DNA of 64,000 bases from a virus. The notes below the pieces were generated by a model. It saw only the letters and a program-made list of their open reading frames with translations, did no database searches and was not told the DNA's origin. Made by a program: the position numbers and the translations under genes. Each line of letters begins with the position of its first letter. Position 1 is the first letter of the stretch. Below, one piece after another: positions 20,506 to 29,886 of this stretch. The DNA is taken from positions 96,001-160,000 of the IMG/VR virus record IMGVR_UViG_3300022602_002120; one strand, given 5' to 3'.

Positions 20506-21601
20506 TAGCATCAACTACAGCTTCAACTTCACTGTCTGACAGTTCTGGATAGATAGGCAAACTTAGGCAGGTGCGACTAAACTGTTCAGCACCTTCTAAC
20601 GCTGTGTAGTCAACTTCAAAGCCAAATGCCACATTAGATAAGTGTAAGGGTCTTTTGTAGGTAATCCTAGTTTCGATTCCTGCTTCTCCAAGGAATTGAT
20701 TCATACCATAACGTTCACGATGATGAATAACATACTTACTCCACGCATGTTCTACATTCATGTCTACACTAGGTATAGTTACATGTCCATCTAGTTCTTC
20801 TGTGTAGTATTCGGCGATTTCTTTCCTACGTTTTTGCCAAGCATCGAAGTATTTTAACTTAATCAGCATCTGTGAACAATCAACTTCTGACATCTTGCTG
20901 TTGGTACCTGAGTTGATATTGTCATTACCTTTGCCATTGTCGTGAAAGTCATTGACCTGTTCCCAGATCTCAGGATCGTCAGTGAGTATCATGCCACCCG
21001 ATCCATAGTTGTTTAGATTTTTTGTAGGGTCAAAGCTCAAGCAACTGATAGTGCCTAGCTTGCCACTTGGTACACCTTTCCAGTAGGCACCAAATGATTG
21101 TGCAGCATCTTCTATGATGGGAATATTATTCTCTGCCCACATCTGTCTATACATGGTTAATTTGTCATAGTCGATGATGTTACCAAATAAGTTAACATAC
21201 ATCACAGCGGCAATCTCATCATGATCCACTGGTATCTTATTTAGATCTATTAGACCGGTAATGGGATCTACATCACAGAACACAGGGTCAAAGCCTGATT
21301 CTATTACTACGTTGAGTGTAGCAATAAAACTCTGTGCTGGAATTAGTACTTTGTTACGAGTCTTATCGTGTATACAGGCCGCACGTAGACTAAAGATCAA
21401 GGCCTGTGTACAACTGCCTACTGCGCAGGCATACTTGCGTTCGGTCATTTTTTGAATAGTTTTTTCAAACAGAAAGGTATAGTCACCGTCAAGGACTTTT
21501 CCAGAAGAATATACATGATCTGTTGCATCAAGTATTTCTTCTTTGATACTAACGTATTGTCTATCTACGCCATAGAACGGGATTTTCGTTGTACCAGTCA
21601 T
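20486..21601 (-). CDS. DegT/DnrJ/EryC1/StrS PLP-dependent sugar aminotransferase
   Basis: EDAAQSFGA, SFDPTKNL and G.NSKMSE. Confidence 0.92.
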   Translation of the reverse strand: MTGTTKIPFYGVDRQYVSIKEEILDATDHVYSSGKVLDGDYTFLFEKTIQKMTERKYACAVGSCTQALIFSLRAACIHDKTRNKVLIPAQSFIATLNVVIESGFDPVFCDVDPITGLIDLNKIPVDHDEIAAVMYVNLFGNIIDYDKLTMYRQMWAENNIPIIEDAAQSFGAYWKGVPSGKLGTISCLSFDPTKNLNNYGSGGMILTDDPEIWEQVNDFHDNGKGNDNINSGTNSKMSEVDCSQMLIKLKYFDAWQKRRKEIAEYYTEELDGHVTIPSVDMNVEHAWSKYVIHHRERYGMNQFLGEAGIETRITYKRPLHLSNVAFGFEVDYTALEGAEQFSRTCLSLPIYPELSDSEVEAVVDAIKQYTS

Positions 21602-22517
21602 AATACTGTTTTAAGCCTTGTTCAAAGTCAATTTTAGGATCATAGCCTAGATCGTTGCGTGCCCGATCTATATTCAAACGTCCACGTTTAGGAAAACTAA
21701 GATCACGATCTAATAATTCTATAGTGCCCTGTCCTGCTACGCTAACAGCAAGTTCGGCAGCGTCCTTTAAGGTCCAAATGCGATCAGCGGAACGGGTAAT
21801 ATTATATGTATGGCCATTTGCAGCATCTAAGGTTGTAGCTAACACAATACCTTGAGCTGTGTCAGTGACATGTGTAAAGTCTAAGACTTCACTGCCACCT
21901 TTAACACGTAGAGTTTCACCACGCATGGCGGCTGTTAGGAATTTACTTACCACACGATCCTCTACATCACGTTCACCATATACAGCACTAGGGCGAACAA
22001 TAGTATAATTTAAATAACGACCATAGTCTTCTACTAGACGCTCGCCCATGAGTTTCATAATACCATATTGTCCTACTGGGCTAGGATTTTTATATTCGCT
22101 GGTATCTGATCCAAAGTCACCATAGACCATCGAACTTGAAACATAGACAAATTTTTCACAATGCTCACGTGCTATTTCTAATAGATTAGTTAGGCCATTA
22201 CACATAACATCTGTGGCTAGTCTAGGATCTTGTTCAACTACTTTCTGACGCGGAAAACTTGCTAGGTGTACAATAACATCAATTTCGTTATTAAGTACCA
22301 AGCTGTTAATTAGTGTTTGATCACGAATATCAACTTTGTATACTTCGCTAGTAATGCGTTTTTCACGTAGACTGTTTAGATATACTAGTTCACTGGTAGG
22401 AATAAAGCCATAGGTAGTAGCTGTATCAACTACAATACACTCATGTCCTTGTGCTTCTAGTAAGCGGACAACATTGTGCCCAATGAAGCCTAATCCACCA
22501 GTGACAAGATATTTCAT
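21561..22517 (-). CDS. NAD-dependent NDP-sugar epimerase/dehydratase
   Basis: TGGLGFIG, SSSMVYG, YGIMK (YxxxK) and DFTHVTD. Confidence 0.92.
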   Translation of the reverse strand: MKYLVTGGLGFIGHNVVRLLEAQGHECIVVDTATTYGFIPTSELVYLNSLREKRITSEVYKVDIRDQTLINSLVLNNEIDVIVHLASFPRQKVVEQDPRLATDVMCNGLTNLLEIAREHCEKFVYVSSSMVYGDFGSDTSEYKNPSPVGQYGIMKLMGERLVEDYGRYLNYTIVRPSAVYGERDVEDRVVSKFLTAAMRGETLRVKGGSEVLDFTHVTDTAQGIVLATTLDAANGHTYNITRSADRIWTLKDAAELAVSVAGQGTIELLDRDLSFPKRGRLNIDRARNDLGYDPKIDFEQGLKQYYDWYNENPVLWRR

Positions 22518-22675
22518 CTACCACGCCCAGCTGATTTCTTAGCAGGCTTGTTTACTGTTACTTGGGACTTGGGCGCACCCTTACCAGTATCAACTTGGGT
22601 TTTACTATTAGTAGCCTGCTGTTCTTGTTGTTTCTTTACTAATGCTGCTTTTACTGTGTCTTTTAAACTTGCCAT
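22514..22675 (-). CDS. 53-aa basic hypothetical protein (not in ORF track)
   Basis: MASLKDTVKAALVKK...KSAGRGR; fills the gap and has an ATGA overlap. Confidence 0.7.
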   Translation of the reverse strand: MASLKDTVKAALVKKQQEQQATNSKTQVDTGKGAPKSQVTVNKPAKKSAGRGR

Positions 22676-22676
22676 T

Positions 22677-22919
22677 TTACTCTCCCCATTTTAATTTATA
22701 GTAGGTTAAATTTTTAGGTTCTAACCACGCATGTATTTTTACAGTATAACCATAACTGCTATAGCCACCTGGTACAATATCAAACATCATCTGCTGATAA
22801 CTATGTTCATGTAGCCATTGCCCTTTTTCAGTCTTTTCCCAATCTATAATAGGACCTGCGGCATAGATCTCAGGATCTTCTACATCACCTAGAGTAATCT
22901 TATGAACTAGTAACTTCAT
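22677..22919 (-). CDS. Small hypothetical protein (dispersed paralog family)
   Basis: C-terminal LEPKNLTYYKLKW. Confidence 0.75.
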   Translation of the reverse strand: MKLLVHKITLGDVEDPEIYAAGPIIDWEKTEKGQWLHEHSYQQMMFDIVPGGYSSYGYTVKIHAWLEPKNLTYYKLKWGE

Positions 22920-23552
22920 TTAGTCCCAAAGACCACGATAGTATTTGCCAAATAAACGTAGGCCGTTATCGATACGGTCATGATGTGCTTTAAGACCTTT
23001 GCGATCTACTTTAATCTTACTAATTTGTGTGTTGAAATTATCTTTTGGATCATCGGACTCGGAGTGATCAAAGAACTTGCTATCACCGTCATCGTCTATT
23101 AGTTGTTCATGTGCCCAGATCATTTCGTCCATGACCCAATCCCAACGTTTAAAATGATTGTCATCTGTGTCCCAGGAATTCTTTTTTGGAGGTGCGCTGG
23201 TACTGCGTAGTTCTTTAGGCACATCTTTATCTTCTACCCAAGGAGCACCATGCTTATGTTCTTTTAGCTTTTTAAGCATGGGCACAACAATAAGACTAAG
23301 TGTACTGTCCATGCTCCAAACGTCATAGTCGTCAATATGGATTTTAATAGTGCGTTGACGTTTTTCGTAAATCCAGTTACAGAACTTTGAAACCCAAGTA
23401 CTAGCTAACCAAGTGCCTAGACGATCATGTAACTGATAGTCCCAGCGTTTAGCTATGTTATCTTCTGGATATTTCTCATGCCAAAAGAACAGCATGTCTA
23501 CTAGTTGATATGGACCAACCCAGCTTAAATATTTGCCAATTTTAACTTTCAT
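22920..23552 (-). CDS. Conserved T4-like phage hypothetical protein
   Basis: DDYDVWSMDSTL...KHGAP...GLRLFGKYY. Confidence 0.75.
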   Translation of the reverse strand: MKVKIGKYLSWVGPYQLVDMLFFWHEKYPEDNIAKRWDYQLHDRLGTWLASTWVSKFCNWIYEKRQRTIKIHIDDYDVWSMDSTLSLIVVPMLKKLKEHKHGAPWVEDKDVPKELRSTSAPPKKNSWDTDDNHFKRWDWVMDEMIWAHEQLIDDDGDSKFFDHSESDDPKDNFNTQISKIKVDRKGLKAHHDRIDNGLRLFGKYYRGLWD

Positions 23553-23878
23553 TTCCAGCTCTCGTCGTGATGATCAAAAAATCTTAAACAATAGTCTACG
23601 TATTCGCTTTCACTCAGGTCAGCATAGAAGCGTACCTGTTTGAACCAATCTATGGTATTACTATCAAAATCAAAATCAAGTTTAATGCTATTGCGTTCAA
23701 CCCAAGCATATTTGTCTGTTTGACTGAATTCTTTTGCTGCTTGGAAGTATAGAGCATCATTGCCCCAACCATTGTTGTGAATTTCGTTTATATGACTTCT
23801 ATATGCGAATAAGCGCACACGATGGGGTCGTTCAAACCGCCATGTTGGCTTTGATTGGCGGGTGATAGTTGTATCCAT
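23549..23878 (-). CDS. Small hypothetical protein (dispersed paralog family)
   Basis: C-terminal [13 protein letters not shown]. Confidence 0.65.
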   Translation of the reverse strand: MDTTITRQSKPTWRFERPHRVRLFAYRSHINEIHNNGWGNDALYFQAAKEFSQTDKYAWVERNSIKLDFDFDSNTIDWFKQVRFYADLSESEYVDYCLRFFDHHDESWK

Positions 23879-24689
23879 CTAGTCTAAAGTCCTCTATAGT
23901 AAAGTTATTGATATCTTTTACATCAGGGTTAATCCACAATGTGGGAAGAGGTAATGGTTCACGGCTTAACTGTTCTTTTACCTGCTCTACGTGATCAGAA
24001 TATATGTGTGCGTCGCCTAGTGTGTGAACAAACTCGCCTACCCCTAAACCACATACCTGTGCTATCATATGAGTTAATAGTGAGTAGCTTGCGATGTTAA
24101 AAGGTACACCTAAGAACATATCGCAACTACGCTGATACATCTGACACGACAACTTATTATCAGCACTTACGTAGAACTGTGCAAAACAATGACAGGGAGG
24201 TAAGGCCATTTGATCTAACTCACCCGGGTTCCACGCTGTGATAATATGCCTGCGGCCATATGGATCATCTTGGATACCACGTATCAGCGTAGCAATTTGA
24301 TCTACTGCTGATCGTTTACCTGGACCCATATAACTGACCCAATCTCGCCACTGTACACCGTAGACACGACCTAGGTCACCTTGGTATTTGGCTTTAGGAA
24401 TCCAATAAGGAGCAAGAGCATTGGGTGTCCAAATAGTAGTTTTACCTTCAGGGTCGCCGTGGGTAATTTCTGCTAGTCTGCGTTCATCACCCGAACCTTC
24501 AATGAACCATAACAGTTCACCTAAACAGGCCTTGAAAGCCAGTTTCTTAGTAGTCACAGCTGGAAAGCCCTTAGATAGATCGTAGCGTTGTTGCATACCA
24601 AATACCCCAATGGTACCTACACCCGTGCGATCATCACGTACTTCACCGTTCTTAAGAACGAATTCTAATGCGTCAAGATAAGTTTTCAT
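23832..24689 (-). CDS. thyA: Thymidylate synthase
   Basis: [34 protein letters not shown] and DAHIY. Confidence 0.97.
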   Translation of the reverse strand: MKTYLDALEFVLKNGEVRDDRTGVGTIGVFGMQQRYDLSKGFPAVTTKKLAFKACLGELLWFIEGSGDERRLAEITHGDPEGKTTIWTPNALAPYWIPKAKYQGDLGRVYGVQWRDWVSYMGPGKRSAVDQIATLIRGIQDDPYGRRHIITAWNPGELDQMALPPCHCFAQFYVSADNKLSCQMYQRSCDMFLGVPFNIASYSLLTHMIAQVCGLGVGEFVHTLGDAHIYSDHVEQVKEQLSREPLPLPTLWINPDVKDINNFTIEDFRLDGYNYHPPIKANMAV

Positions 24690-24695
24690 TTTATT

Positions 24696-24724
24696 ATTAT
24701 AACAGAATTAAGGTAGTCTGTCAA
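24696..24724 (-). promoter_or_regulatory. Sigma70-type promoter for thyA
   Basis: TTGACA-17-TATAAT; 6 nt between the -10 box and the ATG. Confidence 0.85.
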
Positions 24725-25222
24725 CTAGAATAGTACACGATCCCAGATTTCGTAAGTACAATTCGTACCTGGGATTACTGTTTTAATACGGAAACAAGCC
24801 AAATAGCGTTCTAAATTAATACGTGTATCACACCAATAATTACCTTTCATGCGTGTTAGGTACACACGTTCTACTAGGTCATTGGTAGCTTCGTATAATT
24901 TTTGCCCACCAATGATATATACATCTTGGCTAGGGTTAGCTGTTTGTACGTTAGCAATAGCGGTTTCTGGACTACTAGGAATCCAGCGTACTTGATGCTG
25001 ATATTGTTGGTCAACGTGCTTACTGCTGACTACATAATTTGTACGATTAGGTAAAGGTTTGGGCATCTTGGGATCTTCCCAAGTATTACGCCCCATGACT
25101 ACGATATTATTTGTAGTATGGGACGCAAACCAACGCATATCTTCTTTATTATGCGGCCAAGGTAAGGTACCACGATTGCCTATGCCCCCCAAGGAGGTAC
25201 TGGCGAGAATAGAGCAAATCAT
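24725..25222 (-). CDS. folA: Dihydrofolate reductase
   Basis: IGNRGTLPW, EDMRWF, VVMGRNTW, LPNRTN and IIGG. Confidence 0.93.
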   Translation of the reverse strand: MICSILASTSLGGIGNRGTLPWPHNKEDMRWFASHTTNNIVVMGRNTWEDPKMPKPLPNRTNYVVSSKHVDQQYQHQVRWIPSSPETAIANVQTANPSQDVYIIGGQKLYEATNDLVERVYLTRMKGNYWCDTRINLERYLACFRIKTVIPGTNCTYEIWDRVLF

Positions 25223-25566
25223 AGACCTTTAAGCACCTTGTCTGTTTCTGGTTGGACAGTATCCACTACTTTAGCAATATCAATTAAGAAATCAACATTG
25301 GAAATATACGCATCGAGTTCGTTAAACTTAGTGTCTAATAGTTCTTCGATTGCGTCGGGATCCATGCCTTCATCGATTAGTTTTTTAATGTCGATGCTAA
25401 TATTAGTGCCATCTACTAATTTTACTTCAATTTCTTGAAGAATATGTATAGGCACTTCTTTTTTATCGACACCTTCAACTATATCTTTCCAACTTTTGTT
25501 TTTGCTTAACGTAATTTTTTTGCTATTCTTACGCAGTGGCTTTTTTGGTTTTGGTTGCTCTGCCAT
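25219..25566 (-). CDS. Hypothetical protein
   Basis: ORF coupled to folA. Confidence 0.7.
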   Translation of the reverse strand: MAEQPKPKKPLRKNSKKITLSKNKSWKDIVEGVDKKEVPIHILQEIEVKLVDGTNISIDIKKLIDEGMDPDAIEELLDTKFNELDAYISNVDFLIDIAKVVDTVQPETDKVLKGL

Positions 25567-26242
25567 TTGTAGCCTTTGCTGGTGTAGGTGTTGCTTTAGC
25601 CTTCGCTGGTGTTGCTTTCTTAACAGGAGCAGGGTTCATTGAAGCTGCTTCTGCTTTTAAACGTTTAGCTTCTGCTAATAATTGTTTAGCCTGAGCTTCC
25701 ATTGATTGTGCTTGGGTTAAATTCATATTAGCTAGATCAGCGTCACTTAATACACCCGTTACAGGAGCCGCTGGCGCGACTTGTGGTCTAGAAGGATCAA
25801 TAGCAGGTTGGCCGAGTTCACGACCTTCAGTGATTTGACTACCTCTGATTCCACGATTCTTATCCATATCTGCTAATTGCTGTGCTGCTTCGCCACCAGC
25901 TTCTAATTTGTCCATGATGTCATTTAATTCATCTAGACGAACTGTTGACTTTGCTGTTGGAGTTACAATAACTTGGTTACATGGAACTTTCTTTAGGTAA
26001 CCAGCTTTATGGATATATGTAAGACAGTTATTACCATCTGGCATAATATGGCGGAATAGTGCATCTGCTAGGTCTTTAGCATTTTGACCTAATTCGCTTT
26101 CTAGGACTTTCATTGACTCATCATGTACCATTGATGGTAGATTGTCTGTATACATAACCAGGGCCATGTGACCTTCATCTGGTACTTTGCGATACACAAT
26201 AGCAACTTTACGTTGATTGTGTCTGCCGACGTGCTTAATCAT
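25529..26242 (-). CDS. Hypothetical protein with Lys/Ala/Pro-rich tail
   Basis: 237 aa; tail KKATPAKAKATPTPAKA. Confidence 0.8.
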   Translation of the reverse strand: MIKHVGRHNQRKVAIVYRKVPDEGHMALVMYTDNLPSMVHDESMKVLESELGQNAKDLADALFRHIMPDGNNCLTYIHKAGYLKKVPCNQVIVTPTAKSTVRLDELNDIMDKLEAGGEAAQQLADMDKNRGIRGSQITEGRELGQPAIDPSRPQVAPAAPVTGVLSDADLANMNLTQAQSMEAQAKQLLAEAKRLKAEAASMNPAPVKKATPAKAKATPTPAKATNGRATKTKKATA

Positions 26243-26243
26243 T

Positions 26244-26498
26244 TTAGTTTTCCTCGGTAGGTGCTGTCGCAGGTGTTAATGCGCCAGTCGCTTGTAAGAA
26301 AGCGATAAGTTTGGTATATAATGTACCAACATCAGCTAGTTCTTCAGCACGGAAAGTACCGCGTTGACTGCCAATTTGAATAATCTGTGCCACTAGCACT
26401 AGATCTTGTAGGGTTAAACTTGGAGCTGCTTGCTCTGGTTGTTGTTCAACTGTTTGTTCAACAACAGGTTCTTCTTGTTTTGTTTTCTTTGTAGCCAT
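26244..26498 (-). CDS. Hypothetical protein
   Basis: AAGGAG ribosome-binding site and TAAATA box upstream. Confidence 0.8.
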   Translation of the reverse strand: MATKKTKQEEPVVEQTVEQQPEQAAPSLTLQDLVLVAQIIQIGSQRGTFRAEELADVGTLYTKLIAFLQATGALTPATAPTEEN

Positions 26499-26524
26499 TA
26501 ATAAAATCTCCTTAGGGATAACTT

Positions 26525-26532
26525 TATTTAAT
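26525..26532 (-). promoter_or_regulatory. T4-type late promoter box
   Basis: ATTAAATA in the intergenic gap ahead of an AAGGAG site. Confidence 0.55.
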
Positions 26533-26558
26533 AGCTCTGCAGGGGATGGAAAAATTTC

Positions 26559-26852
26559 TTAGAAGTAATCTTCGGGATTGATCTGCGGAAGATAAAGACT
26601 AAAGTAAGTAGCTTCGCTGACCAGTTCAAAGGCAACTTTAGTCTGGCGATCAATGATCTTACCGCCCGGAGTACGTGCTAGATCAATATCGCCTAGAAAA
26701 AAACGACCTTCTAGGTTTTCGTAGATCCAATTAGATAGAGTGTTAGGCGTAACATAACTGAGAAAAACTACCTGTTCAAAATGAGGCGGACACCAACTTA
26801 ACTGTCGTAGTCCGTGTACATTTAAGGGATTAACTTCGCCGTGTTTAAGCAT
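26559..26852 (-). CDS. Small hypothetical protein (dispersed paralog family)
   Basis: C-terminal VAFELVSEATYFSLY. Confidence 0.75.
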   Translation of the reverse strand: MLKHGEVNPLNVHGLRQLSWCPPHFEQVVFLSYVTPNTLSNWIYENLEGRFFLGDIDLARTPGGKIIDRQTKVAFELVSEATYFSLYLPQINPEDYF

Positions 26853-27471
26853 TAATAGTCTTTCTAATTAGTTCTGCCCACAGTTCATGAGCTCGTTCAT
26901 TGGGATGAAATCCATCTTCTATATACAGTTTATGATCTTGACTTAGTTCAAATAACCCGTTGCGATCAACGTCTGTGAATATCCACTGACTAAAATCAAT
27001 TTGAAGGTCTAAGTATTCAAATCCCAATCCATATACATCTTCCCAAACATTCATATAGCTCATAAACTTATATTTAATGTTCTGAGCTTGTAGATAACTT
27101 TGTAAGCTGATTATACGTATTAAGCTGTTAAACACACGTTCACGTTGCCCAATATCTATGCTGAGGTTTTTATAAGCAGCTTGTTCGTTGTGTAGGTAGT
27201 GTATGCCAAAGTTATTAACAGATTTAAATCCTGTAGATTGAAGATAGACTTTTTCCTCTACAGCATAATCTAGGCGTTCCAATCCAGTCCACATTACCAA
27301 CACTAGGTCATATGAGTTTTCACTTAACTCTGATATAGTGCTGTCGCATATCCATTGGTTGCCTGCGGCATGCTGGGCTAGGTTTTTAACCGCATCAGTG
27401 CCTAGCAGGTATGGCCAAGTTAGATATGGACTAGGGGCTGTAAAACTACAGCCGTTAGTTAATATCTTCAC
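26845..27471 (-). CDS. SGNH-fold protein
   Basis: NGCSFT, NLAQHAAGN and DGFHPN. Confidence 0.65.
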   Translation of the reverse strand: MKILTNGCSFTAPSPYLTWPYLLGTDAVKNLAQHAAGNQWICDSTISELSENSYDLVLVMWTGLERLDYAVEEKVYLQSTGFKSVNNFGIHYLHNEQAAYKNLSIDIGQRERVFNSLIRIISLQSYLQAQNIKYKFMSYMNVWEDVYGLGFEYLDLQIDFSQWIFTDVDRNGLFELSQDHKLYIEDGFHPNERAHELWAELIRKTINA

Positions 27472-27598
27472 CGTGATTAATCATATGCCAGCTGCGTGTT
27501 GCCTCTGCCCAAACTTTACGAGGATGACGTATAACCATATAAAGACAGATAATAGGTACTCCAACAATAACTGCTGGATATAAGATCCACTTACTCAT
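27455..27598 (-). CDS. 47-aa single-TM protein (not in ORF track)
   Basis: MSKWILYPAVIVGVPIICLYMVIRHPRK...; fills the gap. Confidence 0.6.
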   Translation of the reverse strand: MSKWILYPAVIVGVPIICLYMVIRHPRKVWAEATRSWHMINHGEDIN

Positions 27599-27950
27599 CA
27601 GATTTATCCTTGCCAAAGTCACCTTCTACTACATTTAGTTCAGGTTTCTTTTTTTCAGTTTTAGGATTGGCATTTCGATAATGATCTGCTACTTCTACAA
27701 TAGGAAACACCCAAATGTTTTCATCTTCCTTCTCACCGAAGAAACGTTCTAATAGTCTGCGACCAAATCCTTTGTGATTAGGGATAGCCATGACAATCAA
27801 ACGATTAGTTAGATCTTCATACTCTTCTCTAGAGATATATTCATGACGCCATAACCAACTGAGTGTATCATGTGTAGCACCTGTTAGTTGCTCTGCCATA
27901 CCAGTCGGTGTATAACTAAAACTTTGATATTGCATTATTAAATCTCCCAA
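27591..27950 (-). CDS. Hypothetical protein
   Basis: ORF in a tightly packed run. Confidence 0.7.
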   Translation of the reverse strand: MGDLIMQYQSFSYTPTGMAEQLTGATHDTLSWLWRHEYISREEYEDLTNRLIVMAIPNHKGFGRRLLERFFGEKEDENIWVFPIVEVADHYRNANPKTEKKKPELNVVEGDFGKDKSDE

Positions 27951-28147
27951 TCTTTAAATTTTGATAGCCAAACAGTCTTTAACTTCCAATCTAAAATACC
28001 CCACCAATTCCAGCGGTAGTAGATAGCCCAACCTCTACGACTACGAATCACAGGTCGCCAACAATCTGGAACTAGGACTAACTTGTCTTTTGATACAGGA
28101 GTACGATATATGCCCGTACCGTCTTTATTTCGATTTTGATAGATCAT
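27938..28147 (-). CDS. Trp-rich hypothetical protein
   Basis: ORF in a tightly packed run. Confidence 0.6.
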   Translation of the reverse strand: MIYQNRNKDGTGIYRTPVSKDKLVLVPDCWRPVIRSRRGWAIYYRWNWWGILDWKLKTVWLSKFKDWEI

Positions 28148-28538
28148 TTCTATTATCCTCTGGATAGGGCACAGGACGCCATCCTAAACTAGCTAGATCT
28201 GCGCGAATTTCTTCTGTTACTGTGCTTTCACTAACATAACCATGTCTCTCCATATGACGTATATCATACTCAGTATCGTAATCTATACCGCCACCCATAC
28301 CACTACAGTACCAACTTAGGTAATCACCTTTACCCTGTAGATCTGCCACAACACCACCCGCACTGCGCCAAGTTACTGCCCAAAGCTCATTTGTAAGCAC
28401 AGGCCATACTTCACTTTTCTGCCACTGCATATTACACATAGCCGCATACAAGTTCTGCGCATATGAATCAAGCTTGACCTTTTCAAGTATCATATGGCTC
28501 CGAGACATGTCGTCAGCCATATCATGCTTAATCAACAT
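28125..28538 (-). CDS. Hypothetical protein
   Basis: YAQNLYAAMCN...WRSAGGVVADL...WYCSG; start moved to 28538. Confidence 0.75.
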   Translation of the reverse strand: MLIKHDMADDMSRSHMILEKVKLDSYAQNLYAAMCNMQWQKSEVWPVLTNELWAVTWRSAGGVVADLQGKGDYLSWYCSGMGGGIDYDTEYDIRHMERHGYVSESTVTEEIRADLASLGWRPVPYPEDNRNDLSKSK

Positions 28539-28665
28539 TCTTGTGTTTGCGCTTTCTTGTATACTTGGTACGATCACGTTCTACCTTAGCTTTAAATGGC
28601 AAATCCTTGTTAAACAATGCCTGATGTCTACGTATATTCATTTTAATTTTCTTGGTATTTTTCAT
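28528..28665 (-). CDS. 45-aa ArfA-like basic protein (not in ORF track)
   Basis: MKNTKKIKMNIRRHQALFNKDLPFKAKVERDRTKYTRKRKHKNVD; has its own consensus promoter. Confidence 0.65.
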   Translation of the reverse strand: MKNTKKIKMNIRRHQALFNKDLPFKAKVERDRTKYTRKRKHKNVD

Positions 28666-28672
28666 TGTAGTA

Positions 28673-28701
28673 ATTATACAGTCAATGAATCAAAATGTCA
28701 A
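28673..28701 (-). promoter_or_regulatory. Sigma70-type promoter
   Basis: TTGACA-17-TATAAT. Confidence 0.85.
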
Positions 28702-29159
28702 GCGTAAGCGCCAGACCCACCATCGTCGGCATAGCCGTAACTGTGATCCATTTCTTCGTCATCATCGTCATCTTCGATGATTTCGTGCTCGCTGCCTAAC
28801 TTACCCGTGACTAACTTACCAGTTTTAATAGTCTTCATTAGATGCTTCTTACGTTCCGCATCTTCCTTGGCTGTGCGCTTTGTATTATTAGTAAGTTTAA
28901 GTGTCTCGTCATACTTGCGAGCCCACTCAATACCTTGTAGCCAATGATCAATAGCTTCAATAGTACCACTGAAGAAATAAGTGTCACGACTATAGTGCGG
29001 AAAGTGATCGTCCTTGGGCTTTACGTAAATATCACTAGTACTACCAATGCTGATCCATGCGCTGGTATTGTAAGGCGTGTCCGCGAACATAAACCCAAGT
29101 TGGTTAGCTTTGGCTTCTACGCTCTTCATACGCTGCATGTCGTTCCATGTTAATGCCAT
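28698..29159 (-). CDS. Hypothetical protein
   Basis: 153 aa with acidic tail. Confidence 0.75.
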   Translation of the reverse strand: MALTWNDMQRMKSVEAKANQLGFMFADTPYNTSAWISIGSTSDIYVKPKDDHFPHYSRDTYFFSGTIEAIDHWLQGIEWARKYDETLKLTNNTKRTAKEDAERKKHLMKTIKTGKLVTGKLGSEHEIIEDDDDDEEMDHSYGYADDGGSGAYA

Positions 29160-29389
29160 TATACTACCTTTCCTAATACAGTGCTGATTAATTCATCTAC
29201 TAGATGATCATAAGGTTGCCCACGAACGTGTTTGGCCATGTAGATATCTTGTACTATCTCGTTACCATTTGGACCAGACCACATAGAGCCAGTGGTAGAC
29301 TTACGCTTCTTAAGTTCTTCAACTAGATCCTCAGTTTCAAAGTCATCTAGGTCAACCCAAACTTCTTCTTCAACGGTTACGTATGGCAT
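29159..29389 (-). CDS. Hypothetical protein
   Basis: VWVDLDDFETEDLVEEL; coupled start and stop. Confidence 0.75.
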   Translation of the reverse strand: MPYVTVEEEVWVDLDDFETEDLVEELKKRKSTTGSMWSGPNGNEIVQDIYMAKHVRGQPYDHLVDELISTVLGKVV

Positions 29390-29883
29390 TATTTCTTCTC
29401 CAATTCTTTTAAAAAGTCTTCTGCTAAAGCCGTGCTAGCACTTGAACCTTTATAGCCAGAATCATCACCAGCAGACCACTTCTTAATATCACCCCAATCT
29501 GTTGAACTTGACCAACTTGGACCCCACATAGGCGTTGGTTTAGTTGGATCGTTGGGATTGACCCACGGTGTAGTTGGTGGTTGGTATGGCGGAGTAAATG
29601 GCTCAACTTTTTGTTTTTGTTGATTCCACTGTATCTTACGCATATCATCTTCTAAACTACTTAAACGGCGTGCTAGATTGTGATAGTCTTCAAACACACG
29701 TGCTAGCGGACCGTTCTTTAGCATTTGATCAGGATGTTCCGCTGTACACAGCACAGTTATAGTCATTAACGCACGTAAGGCGTCCTTAATGCGTTGATCG
29801 TCTGACTCAAGTGCTTGGTCAATAATGCTTACAATCTGTTCAAGATCGAAGTCTTTTTGGTCTTTCATTCTGCCTGTGCTCAT
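29389..29883 (-). CDS. Hypothetical protein
   Basis: Coupled ORF with a Pro/Trp-rich segment. Confidence 0.75.
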   Translation of the reverse strand: MSTGRMKDQKDFDLEQIVSIIDQALESDDQRIKDALRALMTITVLCTAEHPDQMLKNGPLARVFEDYHNLARRLSSLEDDMRKIQWNQQKQKVEPFTPPYQPPTTPWVNPNDPTKPTPMWGPSWSSSTDWGDIKKWSAGDDSGYKGSSASTALAEDFLKELEKK

Positions 29884-29886
29884 AGT

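Noticed and set aside
1-22517. Bacterial chromosomal LPS/O-antigen locus or a eukaryotic giant virus origin
   Set aside because: There are no wzx/wzy, transporters or housekeeping context. T4-like rnh, clamp, PolB, DsbA-like gene and late boxes with bacterial SD and sigma70 signals indicate a phage.
23832-24689. dCMP hydroxymethylase (5hmC pathway) or an intron-split td gene
   Set aside because: The active site has the dUMP-specific Asn (PFNIASY) and the ORF is continuous at normal length.
25529-25680. DNA tandem repeat in the KATPAKA region
   Set aside because: It is protein-level low complexity with degenerate codons, not a nucleotide repeat.
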